In this document: positions 40,140-51,280 of the stretch, piece after piece
Layout of the letters: each line of letters starts with the position of its first letter
How positions within the stretch are numbered: position 1 is the first letter of the stretch
Assembly: GCA_045106895.1 (NCBI GenBank)
Contig: JBGCFM010000029.1
Coordinates: 1 to 64,000, forward strand
Length of the DNA stretch: 64,000 nt
Direction of reading: 5' to 3'
DNA from: Polyangiales bacterium
GTDB lineage: Bacteria > Myxococcota_A > Polyangia > Polyangiales > Houyiibacteriaceae
The notes under the pieces: model-generated
Seen by the model: only the letters and a program-made list of their open reading frames with translations
Databases searched by the model: none
Told to the model about the DNA's origin: nothing
Made by a program: the position numbers and the translations under genes

Positions 40140-41501
40140 CTAGTGGACCATGGGGTTGGCGAATTCGACGGTCATGTCGATGCTCAGAGTCGCTGCTCCC
40201 GGCGCTATTTGCGGCGGAATTGCGTCAAACGGTGCGCACTGAACGATCGCTTCGACGGCCGCCGCGTCCATGTCCGAGAAGCCGCTGGACCGCATACGGC
40301 GCGGGCGCGCGGTGAGTTCTCCACGGCGATTGACGACGAGCCGGTACACGGCGAGGCCCTGGTCCATCGCCACCATTCGGGCGCGGGGGAAGACCAGCGC
40401 GCTTTCGACTTGGCGGCGAGCCCGCAGATACCACCCCTGATAGCGTCGGCTCGATGTATCGAGGCCGTCGTTGCCGGAGCCCGGCTGGTGAGCCCGGGCG
40501 GCGCCGCCTTCGCGGGCGTCGTCTCCTTCACCTGCGGCGCCGGCGCCGGCTTGGCCGCCACGCCCGAGCCCCTCGCCCCGTCGCCGGCTGGCTTCGACGG
40601 TGCTTTGAACGAGCAGCATCGCTAGTTGTTCGGCGTCTTGGTTGTCGCTAGGCCGCGCGGAGGTTTGAGCGAGGGTGGCTGCGGGGCCCTCGTCCACCTG
40701 GGGGCGACCCGTCGCGACATTTGCGCGCGGAGACTCGCGGGTGCCGCGGCCTCCGGAAACGCCCCGGCCCGGAGATGGGGTGGTGCCGGCCAGTGCGGCG
40801 CGCGCGCTCCCTGCCGCTCGCTGCTCGAGGCCTTCCTCGATCTCTCCGTTCGCCTCCTGCCCGGCGGCCGCACGGGATTCTTCGCCGCTGCCTTCTTGAG
40901 AAGCCTCGGCGGCGAAGAGAGCGCCTTCCCGCACGGCGCTCCGAGTGGGAACCCGCCGTTGTCGCGTGCGCCCGCTCCCCGTCGCGAGAAAAGGCTGGTC
41001 GTTGGGGTTCGGCGTCGAGCGCCGGTTTTCGTACGAGGAGCGTGTGGAGCCCGTTCGAATACGCTGGATCTGACTGCGGTCCGTAGCCGTGAGTGGTGAG
41101 TCTTGAAGGTGCGCGTCGTGGGTTCGGCTCACCAAGAAGGTGATGTCCACGCTACCGCCACCGTCGCCACCGGCGGCGTTGCTTGCGCCGTGAACGTTGG
41201 CGCGACTTGAAGGTCCGCCAAGCTCCACGGGGACCGAGTGGCGAGCGCTTGGACGGGCGCTCTGAGCTTCGCTCGGCCTCACCTCCGCCAAGGGAAGCGC
41301 GTCCCAGGCGGTGGGCGTGCGTGGCGCGTCACGCGAGTACTTCGGAACGCCGACGAGGAACGCCGCGAGCAACGCGTGGAGCACGAGAGAGAGGCCCGCG
41401 CCTATGACGAAGCTGCGGGCGGATCCAGTGACTTGGGCTGCGAGGGGCTGCGCCACGCCTGAGCATAGCAGAGCACGCGCGGGGCAGCGGAAAGGCTGCA
41501 T
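40140..41501 (-). CDS. TonB family protein
   Basis: TM with SLVLH motif, low-complexity linker, C-terminal FP..SSGFSDMDAAAVEAI..APF. Confidence 0.8.
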   Translation of the reverse strand: MQPFRCPARALLCSGVAQPLAAQVTGSARSFVIGAGLSLVLHALLAAFLVGVPKYSRDAPRTPTAWDALPLAEVRPSEAQSARPSARHSVPVELGGPSSRANVHGASNAAGGDGGGSVDITFLVSRTHDAHLQDSPLTATDRSQIQRIRTGSTRSSYENRRSTPNPNDQPFLATGSGRTRQRRVPTRSAVREGALFAAEASQEGSGEESRAAAGQEANGEIEEGLEQRAAGSARAALAGTTPSPGRGVSGGRGTRESPRANVATGRPQVDEGPAATLAQTSARPSDNQDAEQLAMLLVQSTVEASRRRGEGLGRGGQAGAGAAGEGDDAREGGAARAHQPGSGNDGLDTSSRRYQGWYLRARRQVESALVFPRARMVAMDQGLAVYRLVVNRRGELTARPRRMRSSGFSDMDAAAVEAIVQCAPFDAIPPQIAPGAATLSIDMTVEFANPMVH

Positions 41502-41520
41502 GAACCCGCGTGAACGCGAT

Positions 41521-42624
41521 CTAGCGCTTCTTTTTGGCCTTTCGTCGCTTCGCAGAGCCGGAGGGCTTCTCGCCGGACTTCGCGTCGGCGTCGGGTTTTG
41601 TGTCCACGTCCGCTTTGTCCGTTTCCGATTTCGCGCTGGCCTTTTTCTCGCCGGCTTGACGGAGCGACAGGCGCATTCGGTCTGGAATGTCCCAGGCCGG
41701 ATTCTTGAACGCGTGCACGAGCAAACCGACGGCCATGACGAACATGCCCATCGACGCGTACTGGGCTGGGGTCAGACCGCTGAAACGGACGTCGGCGCCG
41801 GCCTGGTCTTCGATACGAAGGAAGTCCAGCATAAAGCGGCCCGGGGTGTACAGAAGCGGCATCAACCCGACCCAGAGGCCCATCGGGCGCTTCTCCTTCG
41901 GGAACTTACGGAGAATCAACAGGAAGATAACCATCACAACGGCGGCGTAGATGACTTCGTAGAAGCCAAGGTCGTGACGCGCGACGCCCGAGTTGTTGTA
42001 GTTTTCGACGGCGAGGAAAAAATCTGATTCGGCGCCGGGGTGGTCGTGAACGACAAAACACCCGGAGCGGCCAAAGACCCAGCCCAGCGGGAAGGCGAAG
42101 CCCACGGCGTCAGCGAGTGCCCACGAAGGCATTTTGCGGCGCTTGCGCCAGACCCAGATGCCGACCATCGCCCCGACGAAGCCGCCGTAGCTGGAGAGTC
42201 CCATCCACTTCAAGTTGTTGCTTGGGTCTTCGAAGAAACGAAGCAGGTCCTCGGTCTCATAGAAAACCGCGTTCAAGAGAATCGCGAAAACGAAACCGAT
42301 GAACACAACATGCGTCGCGAAGTCCGACAAGATGTGCGGATCGATGTCGAGACGCTTCGCGTACCACTCCGCCAGCTTTGTGCCGAGGACCACGCCGGTG
42401 GCGACGAGAATGCCGAAGGGCTGGATTGGGACGGGGTCGAATCCCTTCCAAAGCGCGATGAGGGACATGCCCGCGGCGAAGAGCGCCGTCGACATGGCCT
42501 GCTGACGCCACTTCGGGTTTGCCGCAGCGAGGGCGCATCCGACGAAAACAGCGCCCGCGAGATACGCGAGCGGAATCTCGATGGCGTCGAATTTGAACCA
42601 GGGAATAAAGAGAAAAGTCCGCAT
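41521..42624 (-). CDS. lgt: prolipoprotein diacylglyceryl transferase
   Basis: FGILVATG, GLSSYGGFVG, GRSGCF, RH..FYE, RFMLDFLR, LTPAQ. Confidence 0.9.
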   Translation of the reverse strand: MRTFLFIPWFKFDAIEIPLAYLAGAVFVGCALAAANPKWRQQAMSTALFAAGMSLIALWKGFDPVPIQPFGILVATGVVLGTKLAEWYAKRLDIDPHILSDFATHVVFIGFVFAILLNAVFYETEDLLRFFEDPSNNLKWMGLSSYGGFVGAMVGIWVWRKRRKMPSWALADAVGFAFPLGWVFGRSGCFVVHDHPGAESDFFLAVENYNNSGVARHDLGFYEVIYAAVVMVIFLLILRKFPKEKRPMGLWVGLMPLLYTPGRFMLDFLRIEDQAGADVRFSGLTPAQYASMGMFVMAVGLLVHAFKNPAWDIPDRMRLSLRQAGEKKASAKSETDKADVDTKPDADAKSGEKPSGSAKRRKAKKKR

Positions 42625-42812
42625 CGCGCGCGCACCCTAGCAGCTTGGCGGCAACTCGCACTGCCGCAGAATTATCGAAAAAACAGGCATTAAGCGGCCT
42701 GCCATCAAAGGCATCGCTGCCGCACGGGTCGAACCCCCGCCGGGCCGTTCTATTTCATGGAGCTTCCTGCTTTGTCGTTTGCACGAAGAACAGAATCGCG
42801 GATCCTCGCCGC

Positions 42813-43829
42813 ATGAGCTTGGACCCCTTTGACGCCATGGGTGACAGCCCCCGCGCTTTCTTCTTCAAGGATGAGCCCAGTGGGTTGCGTGCGATCCTCT
42901 GCTTGGATGACCTTCGGCTTGGGCCTGCCGCAGGCGGCGTTCGAACCTGGACCTACGAGAACACGGAAGCTGCGCTCGCCGACGCCCGGCGTCTGTCTCG
43001 CGCCATGAGCATCAAGTGCGCTCTCGCGGGGTTGGCCGCGGGTGGCGCGAAGACGGTGATCTCGGCGGGACACCTGGTGCAGCGAGAGCGAGCGTTTGAG
43101 GTTCTCGGTCAGCGCATCGAAGAGTTAGGAGGCATCTATCGCTGCGCCGGAGATCTCGGCACAGGCGATGCGGACCTCCAGGCGATGGCTCGGAAGACGG
43201 GGTACGTACACACCAATAGCGTCGACCTCTCAGCGTCCGTTGCTCGCGGTACCCTGCGCTGTTTGGAGGCGCTCGTCGAAGCCAGGGGGCGACGGATCGA
43301 AGGGCTTCGTGTGGCGGTGCAGGGGTGCGGGAGTATCGGTGCTGCCGTCGCCAAGGCGCTCGGTGACGACGGCGCGGAGCTCTTCGTCGCGGACCTCGAC
43401 GCGGAACGCGCCGAGCGCTGTTCAGCGGCGACGGGCGCGCGGGTGTTGTCCCCCAATGCGATTCTCCGCGCGGATGTGGATGTCTTGGTCCCCTGTGCTA
43501 CCGGACACGTCATCACCGAGGAGCTTGCTCGTCAGACGCCCGCATTCGGTGTGTGTGGCGCAGCGAACAATGCGCTCGCTACACAGCATGTTGCGTCGAT
43601 TCTCGCGGACCGCGGTGTTCACCATGTACCCGACGTGCTCGCCTCGGCGGGCGCCGTGATCGATGGGATCGGTGAGACTGTCATGGGCCTCGACGTCGCG
43701 GGCCGCGAGGTGCTCATCGACGGCCTCAAAGCCACCACCGCGTCGCTCTTGAAGCGAGCGGTTCGGGAGCGACGGCCGCCGGAGCATCTGGCGTGGGAAA
43801 TGGCCAAAGAGCGGATGCAGGCCGCCTAG
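42813..43829 (+). CDS. Leu/Phe/Val dehydrogenase family protein
   Basis: LGPAAGGVR, LSRAMSIKCALAGL..GGAK, VQGCGSIG, GAANN. Confidence 0.85.
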   Translation: MSLDPFDAMGDSPRAFFFKDEPSGLRAILCLDDLRLGPAAGGVRTWTYENTEAALADARRLSRAMSIKCALAGLAAGGAKTVISAGHLVQRERAFEVLGQRIEELGGIYRCAGDLGTGDADLQAMARKTGYVHTNSVDLSASVARGTLRCLEALVEARGRRIEGLRVAVQGCGSIGAAVAKALGDDGAELFVADLDAERAERCSAATGARVLSPNAILRADVDVLVPCATGHVITEELARQTPAFGVCGAANNALATQHVASILADRGVHHVPDVLASAGAVIDGIGETVMGLDVAGREVLIDGLKATTASLLKRAVRERRPPEHLAWEMAKERMQAA

Positions 43830-43846
43830 CGGCGCGGCACCCTCCG

Positions 43847-45149
<1,303 letters not shown>

Positions 45150-45157
45150 TTCTCCTT

Positions 45158-45261
45158 GGATTCTCCGCCCAGCACGCCGTGCTCGGCGTTCCCGGCGGCT
45201 CGGCATCCACAGATGCCGTCGCCGCCGGCGCCTTGATCACGACGCGCTGGACGAAGAATCC
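45158..45261. repeat. ~104-nt palindromic REP-like element, copy 1 (partial copies extend to ~45425)
   Basis: GGATTCTCCGCCCAGC...GGCATCCACAGATGCC...GCTGGACGAAGAATCC folds as one long imperfect hairpin; near-identical to 54339-54439. Confidence 0.88.
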
Positions 45262-45428
45262 GGGGGGCTCGGCTTCCGCTCTGCCTTCGGCATTCGCTTT
45301 CCGTCAGCACCCCTGACTGCGGCTCGGCATTGACTGAAGCGCTGGACGAAGAATCCGAGGAGGTTCGTGGGGGCGAGGTTCGCTCTGCCTTCGGCATTGG
45401 CTTTCCTCACTCGGCATCGATCGATGCG

Positions 45429-46745
45429 CTACGAGGCGGCTTCGCCCTGAAGGAGCCGCGGTACGCTGTTGGCGTCGAAGCTGCCGGCGCGGAATCCATC
45501 GTCGATGAGGATGGAGCGAATCAGCGGGATGTTCGTGTCGTGGGGGGCGAACTCGGATCCGGCGAGAAGTCGGTCCAATGTGAGGGCAGCCTGATGACGA
45601 ATCGGCGCGAAGGATGTGACGCGCGCGAGGACGTTGCCGTCATCCGTGGGTACAGGGCTGCCGACGGCGCATGAGGGTTCAATGACCACGCTGCGTTGAG
45701 GAGCCGCGGGGAAGCGAAGGGCGCTGGGCACCGCGCCGCGCTGTTCTTCGTTGACGGCGACGATCCGCGCGCCGATGGCGTGGCCGCTCGGTTGAAGCAC
45801 GCGCACCTCGTCGGGGAGCGGAGCGCCGGCTGCAAGCTGCAGTTGAAGGTTGAGAAGGTCGAGGCCGGTGGCACGCTCGAGGACTGCGTGAAGGGAAGGT
45901 AGCCCGAGGCGAGCGCCGCTCGTGTACAGGGTGCCGTCGGCGGTGAACACCATCTCCACGCGAATGAGTCCAACGCTGCCGAGCTCCTTGGCGACGCGGA
46001 TGGCGATATCGAACATCCTCTCGCGGCTCGCTTCGCCGTCGATGCGGAAGGTGAGGGCGGGCGACGGTGACTCCTCAAGGAGCACGGCTCCGCCATGTCG
46101 AAGTGTCGTCTCACACTCCGTCACAGGTTCCACGGCGCCTTCGCTGTCCGCAGCCACGAGGACCTCAAAGGTTCGGGCGCGGGGAAGCCAACGCTCGACA
46201 TGGAGAGCCCCCGTCTCACCGAAAAGCCCGCGGGCCTTGGACCACGCTTCACTTAGGTCGTCCTCGTCTTCCACGACGACATGCCCTGGCCCCACGTCGG
46301 GGCGAAGTGCGAGGGGATAATCGAGACGGTAGCCGATGGAGTTGGCTTCGTTCTCGTTCTCGGCGAGCTCCGACGGGACACTTTGGGCGTTCGCGCGCTC
46401 GACGCATGCGCGGAAAGCGGTTCTTGAGCGAACCGTTTCGAGCGCGTCGGGATCAAGGCCGACGTAGGTGAGGCCTTCGGCTTCCAGGGCGCGGGCGAGC
46501 GCAGTGTCTTCTGCGACGTCGCAGAAACCTGGATGGATCGCATCGACCTCGTGTTCTTTTGCCAGCGAGACGAGCGTTTCCGGACTCAAGGGTTCCGCTA
46601 GTTCGATGCTCTTGTCGCAGGACTCCGCGTAACCTTGGCCAGAACCGGCGTGGAGGCCGATGGTCTCAATGCCGAGGCGGCGGCAGACGCGCGAGACGGG
46701 AAAAGCAGCGGAACTCTGACGAGCGATGAGGATTCGGGAGAACAC
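45429..46745 (-). CDS. biotin carboxylase-like ATP-grasp protein with degenerate catalytic motifs
   Basis: FSRILIA, DAIHPGF, EESPSP, TGLDL..LQL..AAG, GHAIGARI, TNIPL follow the AccC layout, but key motifs are substituted. Confidence 0.8.
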   Translation of the reverse strand: MFSRILIARQSSAAFPVSRVCRRLGIETIGLHAGSGQGYAESCDKSIELAEPLSPETLVSLAKEHEVDAIHPGFCDVAEDTALARALEAEGLTYVGLDPDALETVRSRTAFRACVERANAQSVPSELAENENEANSIGYRLDYPLALRPDVGPGHVVVEDEDDLSEAWSKARGLFGETGALHVERWLPRARTFEVLVAADSEGAVEPVTECETTLRHGGAVLLEESPSPALTFRIDGEASRERMFDIAIRVAKELGSVGLIRVEMVFTADGTLYTSGARLGLPSLHAVLERATGLDLLNLQLQLAAGAPLPDEVRVLQPSGHAIGARIVAVNEEQRGAVPSALRFPAAPQRSVVIEPSCAVGSPVPTDDGNVLARVTSFAPIRHQAALTLDRLLAGSEFAPHDTNIPLIRSILIDDGFRAGSFDANSVPRLLQGEAAS

Positions 46746-46792
46746 CGCGCGAGTGTACCCCCTTCGCAGCGACACGCCCCCGCAAAGCGCGT

Positions 46793-46821
46793 TTGACCTG
46801 AATCCATGCCCTCTTCATGGT
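46793..46821 (+). promoter_or_regulatory. sigma70-type promoter, probably leaderless ybeY mRNA
   Basis: TTGACC-N17-CATGGT, 6 nt before GTG 46828. Confidence 0.55.
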
Positions 46822-46827
46822 CGTCCC

Positions 46828-47265
46828 GTGGAGGTCGTCGTTCGCAGTGAGGGGTTGGAATCCCAGCCCGTTTCAAACACGAAAGTCCGTCGATGGGCCG
46901 AAGCGATGCTTCACGCCCTTCATCGGCAAGACGCGGAGCTCAGCGTGCTTCTGTGCAGCGACGAGATAATTCACACCTTGAACCGGGACTTTCGCGGCAA
47001 AGACAGCCCGACTGATGTCTTGGGGTTCGCCATGAACGAAGGCGAGGCGCCTCATGTTCAGGCGCATATCTTGGGGGACATCGTGATCTCGATGCCGACG
47101 GCGCGACGCCAGGCAGGAGAGCACGCCCGCACGATCGCAAGTGAGGTTCGCTGGCTTCTGGCCCACGGTCTGCTTCACCTCCTCGGCTACGATCATCTAG
47201 AATTCGGGGAGTATCGACGGATGATGGCGCGCCAAGATGTGTTGGTGTGGGCAAAGAGCCCCTAA
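46828..47265 (+). CDS. ybeY: rRNA maturation endoribonuclease YbeY
   Basis: LNRDFRGKDSPTDVL, LGDIVIS, HGLLHLLGYDH. Confidence 0.96.
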   Translation: MEVVVRSEGLESQPVSNTKVRRWAEAMLHALHRQDAELSVLLCSDEIIHTLNRDFRGKDSPTDVLGFAMNEGEAPHVQAHILGDIVISMPTARRQAGEHARTIASEVRWLLAHGLLHLLGYDHLEFGEYRRMMARQDVLVWAKSP

Positions 47266-47266
47266 C

Positions 47267-47275
47267 TGTGGATAA
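47267..47275. promoter_or_regulatory. consensus DnaA box
   Basis: TGTGGATAA (reverse complement TTATCCACA) in the AT-richer ybeY-HU spacer. Confidence 0.5.
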
Positions 47276-47599
47276 AGTGCCTCGGCCGATGGGGCCTGTC
47301 CGTCACTTTGCTCGTCGTTGTTCGAGAAAAGACTATTAGTTACTGACGTTTACGGCGCATGTGTGCGTTGTCGTGCGGCCGAATGTAGCAGCCCTAATCC
47401 CTGTGGAAAGCCTGGGGACATCTTCTTTCGCAAGAGGTTTTTGGGAGTCGACACAAAATCGAATTTCCCCGGATTTAGGGATTTGCTCCCAAAAAACCCT
47501 TGTGCGGCGAAAAAAGCCGTGGCTAAGTTCGATTGCACGGGCGGTCTGAATCGTCGCGCAGCGCAAATAGCACGAGAAAAACGGATACTGGAGGGAACG

Positions 47600-47908
47600 A
47601 TGGCGACGACCAAACGGATGACGAGGGCTCAGATCATGGGCGAGCTCGCGGACAAGACGGGTCTGAGCAAGCGAGAGATTGCGGACGTGTTCGAGAAGCT
47701 CAAGGAGCTGATCAACCAAGAACTCGTCAAGCCACATGGTGAGTTCATCATTCCAGACCTCGTAAAGCTTAAGCTCAAGGTGACTGAAGCCAAAACTGGC
47801 GTGAAGTACCGCAACCCAAACACCGGCGAAGAGATCATCAAGGATCGACCCGCTTCACGAAAAGTGAAAGCAACGCCACTCAAGCGACTCAAAGACGCGG
47901 TCATCTAG
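47600..47908 (+). CDS. HU/IHF family DNA-binding protein
   Basis: MT..ELADKTGLSK, RNPNTGEEI, LKDAV; SD GGAGGG. Confidence 0.92.
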   Translation: MATTKRMTRAQIMGELADKTGLSKREIADVFEKLKELINQELVKPHGEFIIPDLVKLKLKVTEAKTGVKYRNPNTGEEIIKDRPASRKVKATPLKRLKDAVI

Positions 47909-47925
47909 TCGAGTTTTCTCGTCAG

Positions 47926-47953
47926 AAAGCCCTGGCTCGCGCCGGGGCTTTTT
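47926..47953 (+). terminator. intrinsic terminator after HU
   Basis: AAAGCCCTGGC-TCGC-GCCGGGGCTTTTT. Confidence 0.85.
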
Positions 47954-47971
47954 CGTTCCGTCCCTCGGGGG

Positions 47972-49411
47972 TTAGGGTGCGCTTGGCGAAGGGGCCTGCA
48001 TCTCGCTGGGCTGCATCTCGCTGGGCTGCATGCTCGTCGAATCACTGTCCATGGTGTTCGGCGCCATCGAGGCGCTCATCGGCGTGGCCCGCGGCCTTCG
48101 CCGGCGAGTCGCGAGCATCCCTGTGACGCGTCCGATGCCGGCAATCGCGGCGACGTAGCTCGCGTCCGTGTTGATTCGCACCTCATCCCCGTCGGCTTCG
48201 ATGGTCACGCGTGGCACCATCATGCGCATGAATGTAGGCATCGCGTCCATCTGGCGGTCGCGCTCCGCAGCCCAGAACTCCGCCGCGGCGGAGGCAGCCT
48301 CTTCGTCCGGGTAGTGAGCGACGCCTCGCACCGCGACGCCCTGTCCGGTGTCCGCGAGGCCAAGCCGAATCCGTTCGGGCAAGTGAGCGAGGTCTGCCCG
48401 AGCGCTTCGCACAAAGTTCTGTACGCCCTCCGCTTCGAGCGTGAACGCTTCGCCTTCGCCCATGGAGAGCAGCGCGTCCGCACCTTCTCCGCTCGGGCCG
48501 GTCTCGTCCCCTTCTTCCTCGTCTTCGTCTTGTTCGGCCGCCTCACGTTCAGCCCGAACCTGGGCAATACCCAAGACGCGGACCAGGTCTTGTGGCCGGG
48601 TGATGGTGAAATGACGCGGACCCACCACGGCGACGACACGAGTCGTGGTGTCGTCGTTGGGCCAGTCCGCGACGTCCACCCCTTCTTCACGTCGCCAGCG
48701 CACTCGGGTGCCATGGGACTGAGCCATCTGTTCGACGGTGCGGTCCATGAACGCGCGCCCTTCTTCGAGGTGCGAATGCCGACCGGCCATGACGAGCCGC
48801 GAGCGCTGTAAGTTCGGCGTGGCGATGAGCAGGCGATCCAGGTCCGCAAGGGGTTCGATGCCCGAGCCTTCGAGGATCAAACGCCAGTCTGGGATGGCGT
48901 CCAGGAGGGCTCGCACCTGCGGCGCCAGCCGCGAGGCGCGGATGCGTTCCATGTTCATCCGAATCGCCAGCTGTGCGCCGGGCGGAATACGTGAAGTGCC
49001 CCCATCGCCGTCGGCGCCGCCTCCGTCGCTTTCGACACCAGCGTCTTCGGGGCCTGCATCGGGGCCCGCGTCTGGGCCTGCATCGGGTCCTGCGTCTGGT
49101 CCTGCGTCCGGGCCCGCGTCTACGCCCGCGTCTGGGCCTGCGTCTGGGCCTGCGTCGACGGCATCGCCGATTCCTTCGCCTGTGGCGCTCTCGATCGCCT
49201 CGACCTCCTGCTCTTCGGGAGGCGTCACCTCTTCACCCGCGGCGACCATCATTTCATCGCTAATTCCGAACTCGACATCCACAGGAAGTTCGAATTCAAA
49301 GGCGAGGGGAGGAGCCTCGTGTCCTCCAACATAAAAACCAACGCCGAGGTGCAGCGCAAGGGACAGGACCGCACCAAAGAGTGCTCCATTTCGGACGGAT
49401 CGGGCTTTCAA
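47972..49411 (-). CDS. membrane-anchored hypothetical protein with DAGP repeat linker
   Basis: TM with SLALH, about 9 DAG[PV] repeats, globular domain, Met/Ser-rich tail; start uncertain. Confidence 0.7.
   Translation of the reverse strand: MKARSVRNGALFGAVLSLALHLGVGFYVGGHEAPPLAFEFELPVDVEFGISDEMMVAAGEEVTPPEEQEVEAIESATGEGIGDAVDAGPDAGPDAGVDAGPDAGPDAGPDAGPDAGPDAGPEDAGVESDGGGADGDGGTSRIPPGAQLAIRMNMERIRASRLAPQVRALLDAIPDWRLILEGSGIEPLADLDRLLIATPNLQRSRLVMAGRHSHLEEGRAFMDRTVEQMAQSHGTRVRWRREEGVDVADWPNDDTTTRVVAVVGPRHFTITRPQDLVRVLGIAQVRAEREAAEQDEDEEEGDETGPSGEGADALLSMGEGEAFTLEAEGVQNFVRSARADLAHLPERIRLGLADTGQGVAVRGVAHYPDEEAASAAAEFWAAERDRQMDAMPTFMRMMVPRVTIEADGDEVRINTDASYVAAIAGIGRVTGMLATRRRRPRATPMSASMAPNTMDSDSTSMQPSEMQPSEMQAPSPSAP
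49049..49157. repeat. 12-bp degenerate tandem repeat encoding DAGP
   Basis: GCGTCTGGGCCT-like units. Confidence 0.85.
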
Positions 49412-49516
49412 CGCTTCCGCCCCGCTTGACCACCCGTCGAGGGCATGAAAAACCCACGCCACTCGTCCGACATTGGAAGGCAATTGGGCCCAAAAACGTT
49501 GGTGAGGGAGCCGTTC

Positions 49517-51280
49517 ATGCGTTCGTTAGACTCGTCTCTGCTCGTTCTACTCATTCTTTGTGCCTGTGGAGCCGAGGCTCCCGAGGGTGACCCGGTTGTG
49601 ACGGACGAACAAGCGGCAGCCGCGGCAAATGCCGAGGCGGAGCCGGAGCCGGAGCCAGAGCCGGAGCCAGAGCCGGATTTAGGACCGCCAAAACGAATCT
49701 TCGCCCGGCGCTTTGTGGTGCCAATTCGGGCAGCCGCGGACCGCGAGTCGGACCGTATCGGTTACCTGCGTGCTGGCGCAGTCCTCGAAGCGACGACATC
49801 GCGCCCCGTGTCGATGGAGGGCTGTCGCGAAGGTTGGTACGAGCTGAGCACCGGCGGCTTCGTCTGCAACGGCCGCAAGGTCATCGCCTTCGACGGCCGC
49901 CGACTGCCGGAACGCCGGTCCCGGCAGCCGAGTCGCGAAGATCCGCTTCCGTACGAGTACGGGTTCGTTCGCCGCGAAGCACCGATGTATCGACGCCCGC
50001 CCACGGATGAAGAAGCCGCGGAACACGAAGGCTATCGAATCCCGGGTGCAGAGCCGCCGCCGGAGGCCGAGACATCCGAAGGGAATGAAGGCGGGACGGA
50101 CCTTGAGACCGCGCCGACCACACCCATGGCCGCATCCATGAGCACGATGGAAGTCGCGGAGATGGCCGCAGCGATCGGTGCCGCCGCGATGGAAGGCGCA
50201 GAGGGCGCAGCGGAAGTCGAGGAGGACCTTGGCCCAACCCTTGAGACCTTGTCGGGTTCTCGAGACTCCGTCGTGATGCGCACGATGATGCGCGGCTTTT
50301 TCGTCAGCCTGGACCGCAGCGTTCGGCGTGGCGCACGTCGCTACTGGCGAACGCAGAACAACGGCTACGTCCCCTATCGCCTCATCATGAAGCGCGAGGG
50401 GAGCGACTTTCAAGGGGCCGAGATTCACGGCGGAACCACGTTGCCCGTGGCCTTCGTCCTGGACCAACGCGCCAACGCTTACACCCGCGACGCGAACGGC
50501 CGTTTCAGGCCGGCCCGTGGTGCGCGTCGATACCGTGAGTCGTTTCTCGTGGCGGAGCGTGTAGAAGACGGGCGCCACACGTACGTTCGAGTTCAGGAGC
50601 TGCCGCCTGCGCCGCCGGAGCCCACGCCGGAAGAAGAGGGCGAGGGCGAAAACCCAGCAGAAACAGGTGCGGACGACGAAGTCGCCAGCGATGAGGCAGA
50701 GCCCGAGACGGCGGCGGAGCCAGAACCGGAGCCTGAAGAGGACCCCACCGAGGCCATCTGGCACCGGACTTCAAACCTTCGAATCGCCGAGCCTGAGCCT
50801 ATGCGCGAAGAGATGGAGGCGGGCGATAAGTGGTTCGACATCAACCTGGAGAACCAGATTTTGGTCGCCTACGAAGGAGAGCGCGCCGTCTATGCGACGC
50901 TGATCTCCTCGGGATTGCCGGACCGTTCGAACATGCCGGAGCGCGACTACGAAACCCTCGTCGGGCTTCATCGTGTGAAATCCAAGCACCTCACCGATAC
51001 CATGGATGGCGACACGGCCTTCGACGGCCCCTACAGTGTCGATGATGTTCCCTACGTCATGTACTACGAGCTGGCCTACGCTCTTCACACGGCGTTCTGG
51101 CACAACCGCTTCGGGCGGCCGAAGAGCCACGGTTGCGTGAACCTCTCTCCACTTGATTCTCGTTGGCTCTTCAACTGGGCCGATCCTCCGCTGCCCATCG
51201 GTTGGCACTCCGCTTACCCGACGGAAGAAGTCCCAGGTACGTGGATTTGGATCCACGGGGACACACTGGGTCGTCGATGA
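49517..51280 (+). CDS. L,D-transpeptidase (YkuD) lipoprotein
   Basis: Lipobox LCAC; ALHTAFWH..FGRPKSHGCVNLS; acidic insertions. Confidence 0.9.
   Translation: MRSLDSSLLVLLILCACGAEAPEGDPVVTDEQAAAAANAEAEPEPEPEPEPEPDLGPPKRIFARRFVVPIRAAADRESDRIGYLRAGAVLEATTSRPVSMEGCREGWYELSTGGFVCNGRKVIAFDGRRLPERRSRQPSREDPLPYEYGFVRREAPMYRRPPTDEEAAEHEGYRIPGAEPPPEAETSEGNEGGTDLETAPTTPMAASMSTMEVAEMAAAIGAAAMEGAEGAAEVEEDLGPTLETLSGSRDSVVMRTMMRGFFVSLDRSVRRGARRYWRTQNNGYVPYRLIMKREGSDFQGAEIHGGTTLPVAFVLDQRANAYTRDANGRFRPARGARRYRESFLVAERVEDGRHTYVRVQELPPAPPEPTPEEEGEGENPAETGADDEVASDEAEPETAAEPEPEPEEDPTEAIWHRTSNLRIAEPEPMREEMEAGDKWFDINLENQILVAYEGERAVYATLISSGLPDRSNMPERDYETLVGLHRVKSKHLTDTMDGDTAFDGPYSVDDVPYVMYYELAYALHTAFWHNRFGRPKSHGCVNLSPLDSRWLFNWADPPLPIGWHSAYPTEEVPGTWIWIHGDTLGRR

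Noticed and set aside
42646..42661. Sigma54 promoter TTGGCGGCAACTCGCA
   Set aside because: The GG-to-GC spacing is one base shorter than the strict -24/-12 requirement.
47266..47600. Replication origin
   Set aside because: There is only one perfect DnaA box, and no dnaA, dnaN or gidA context.
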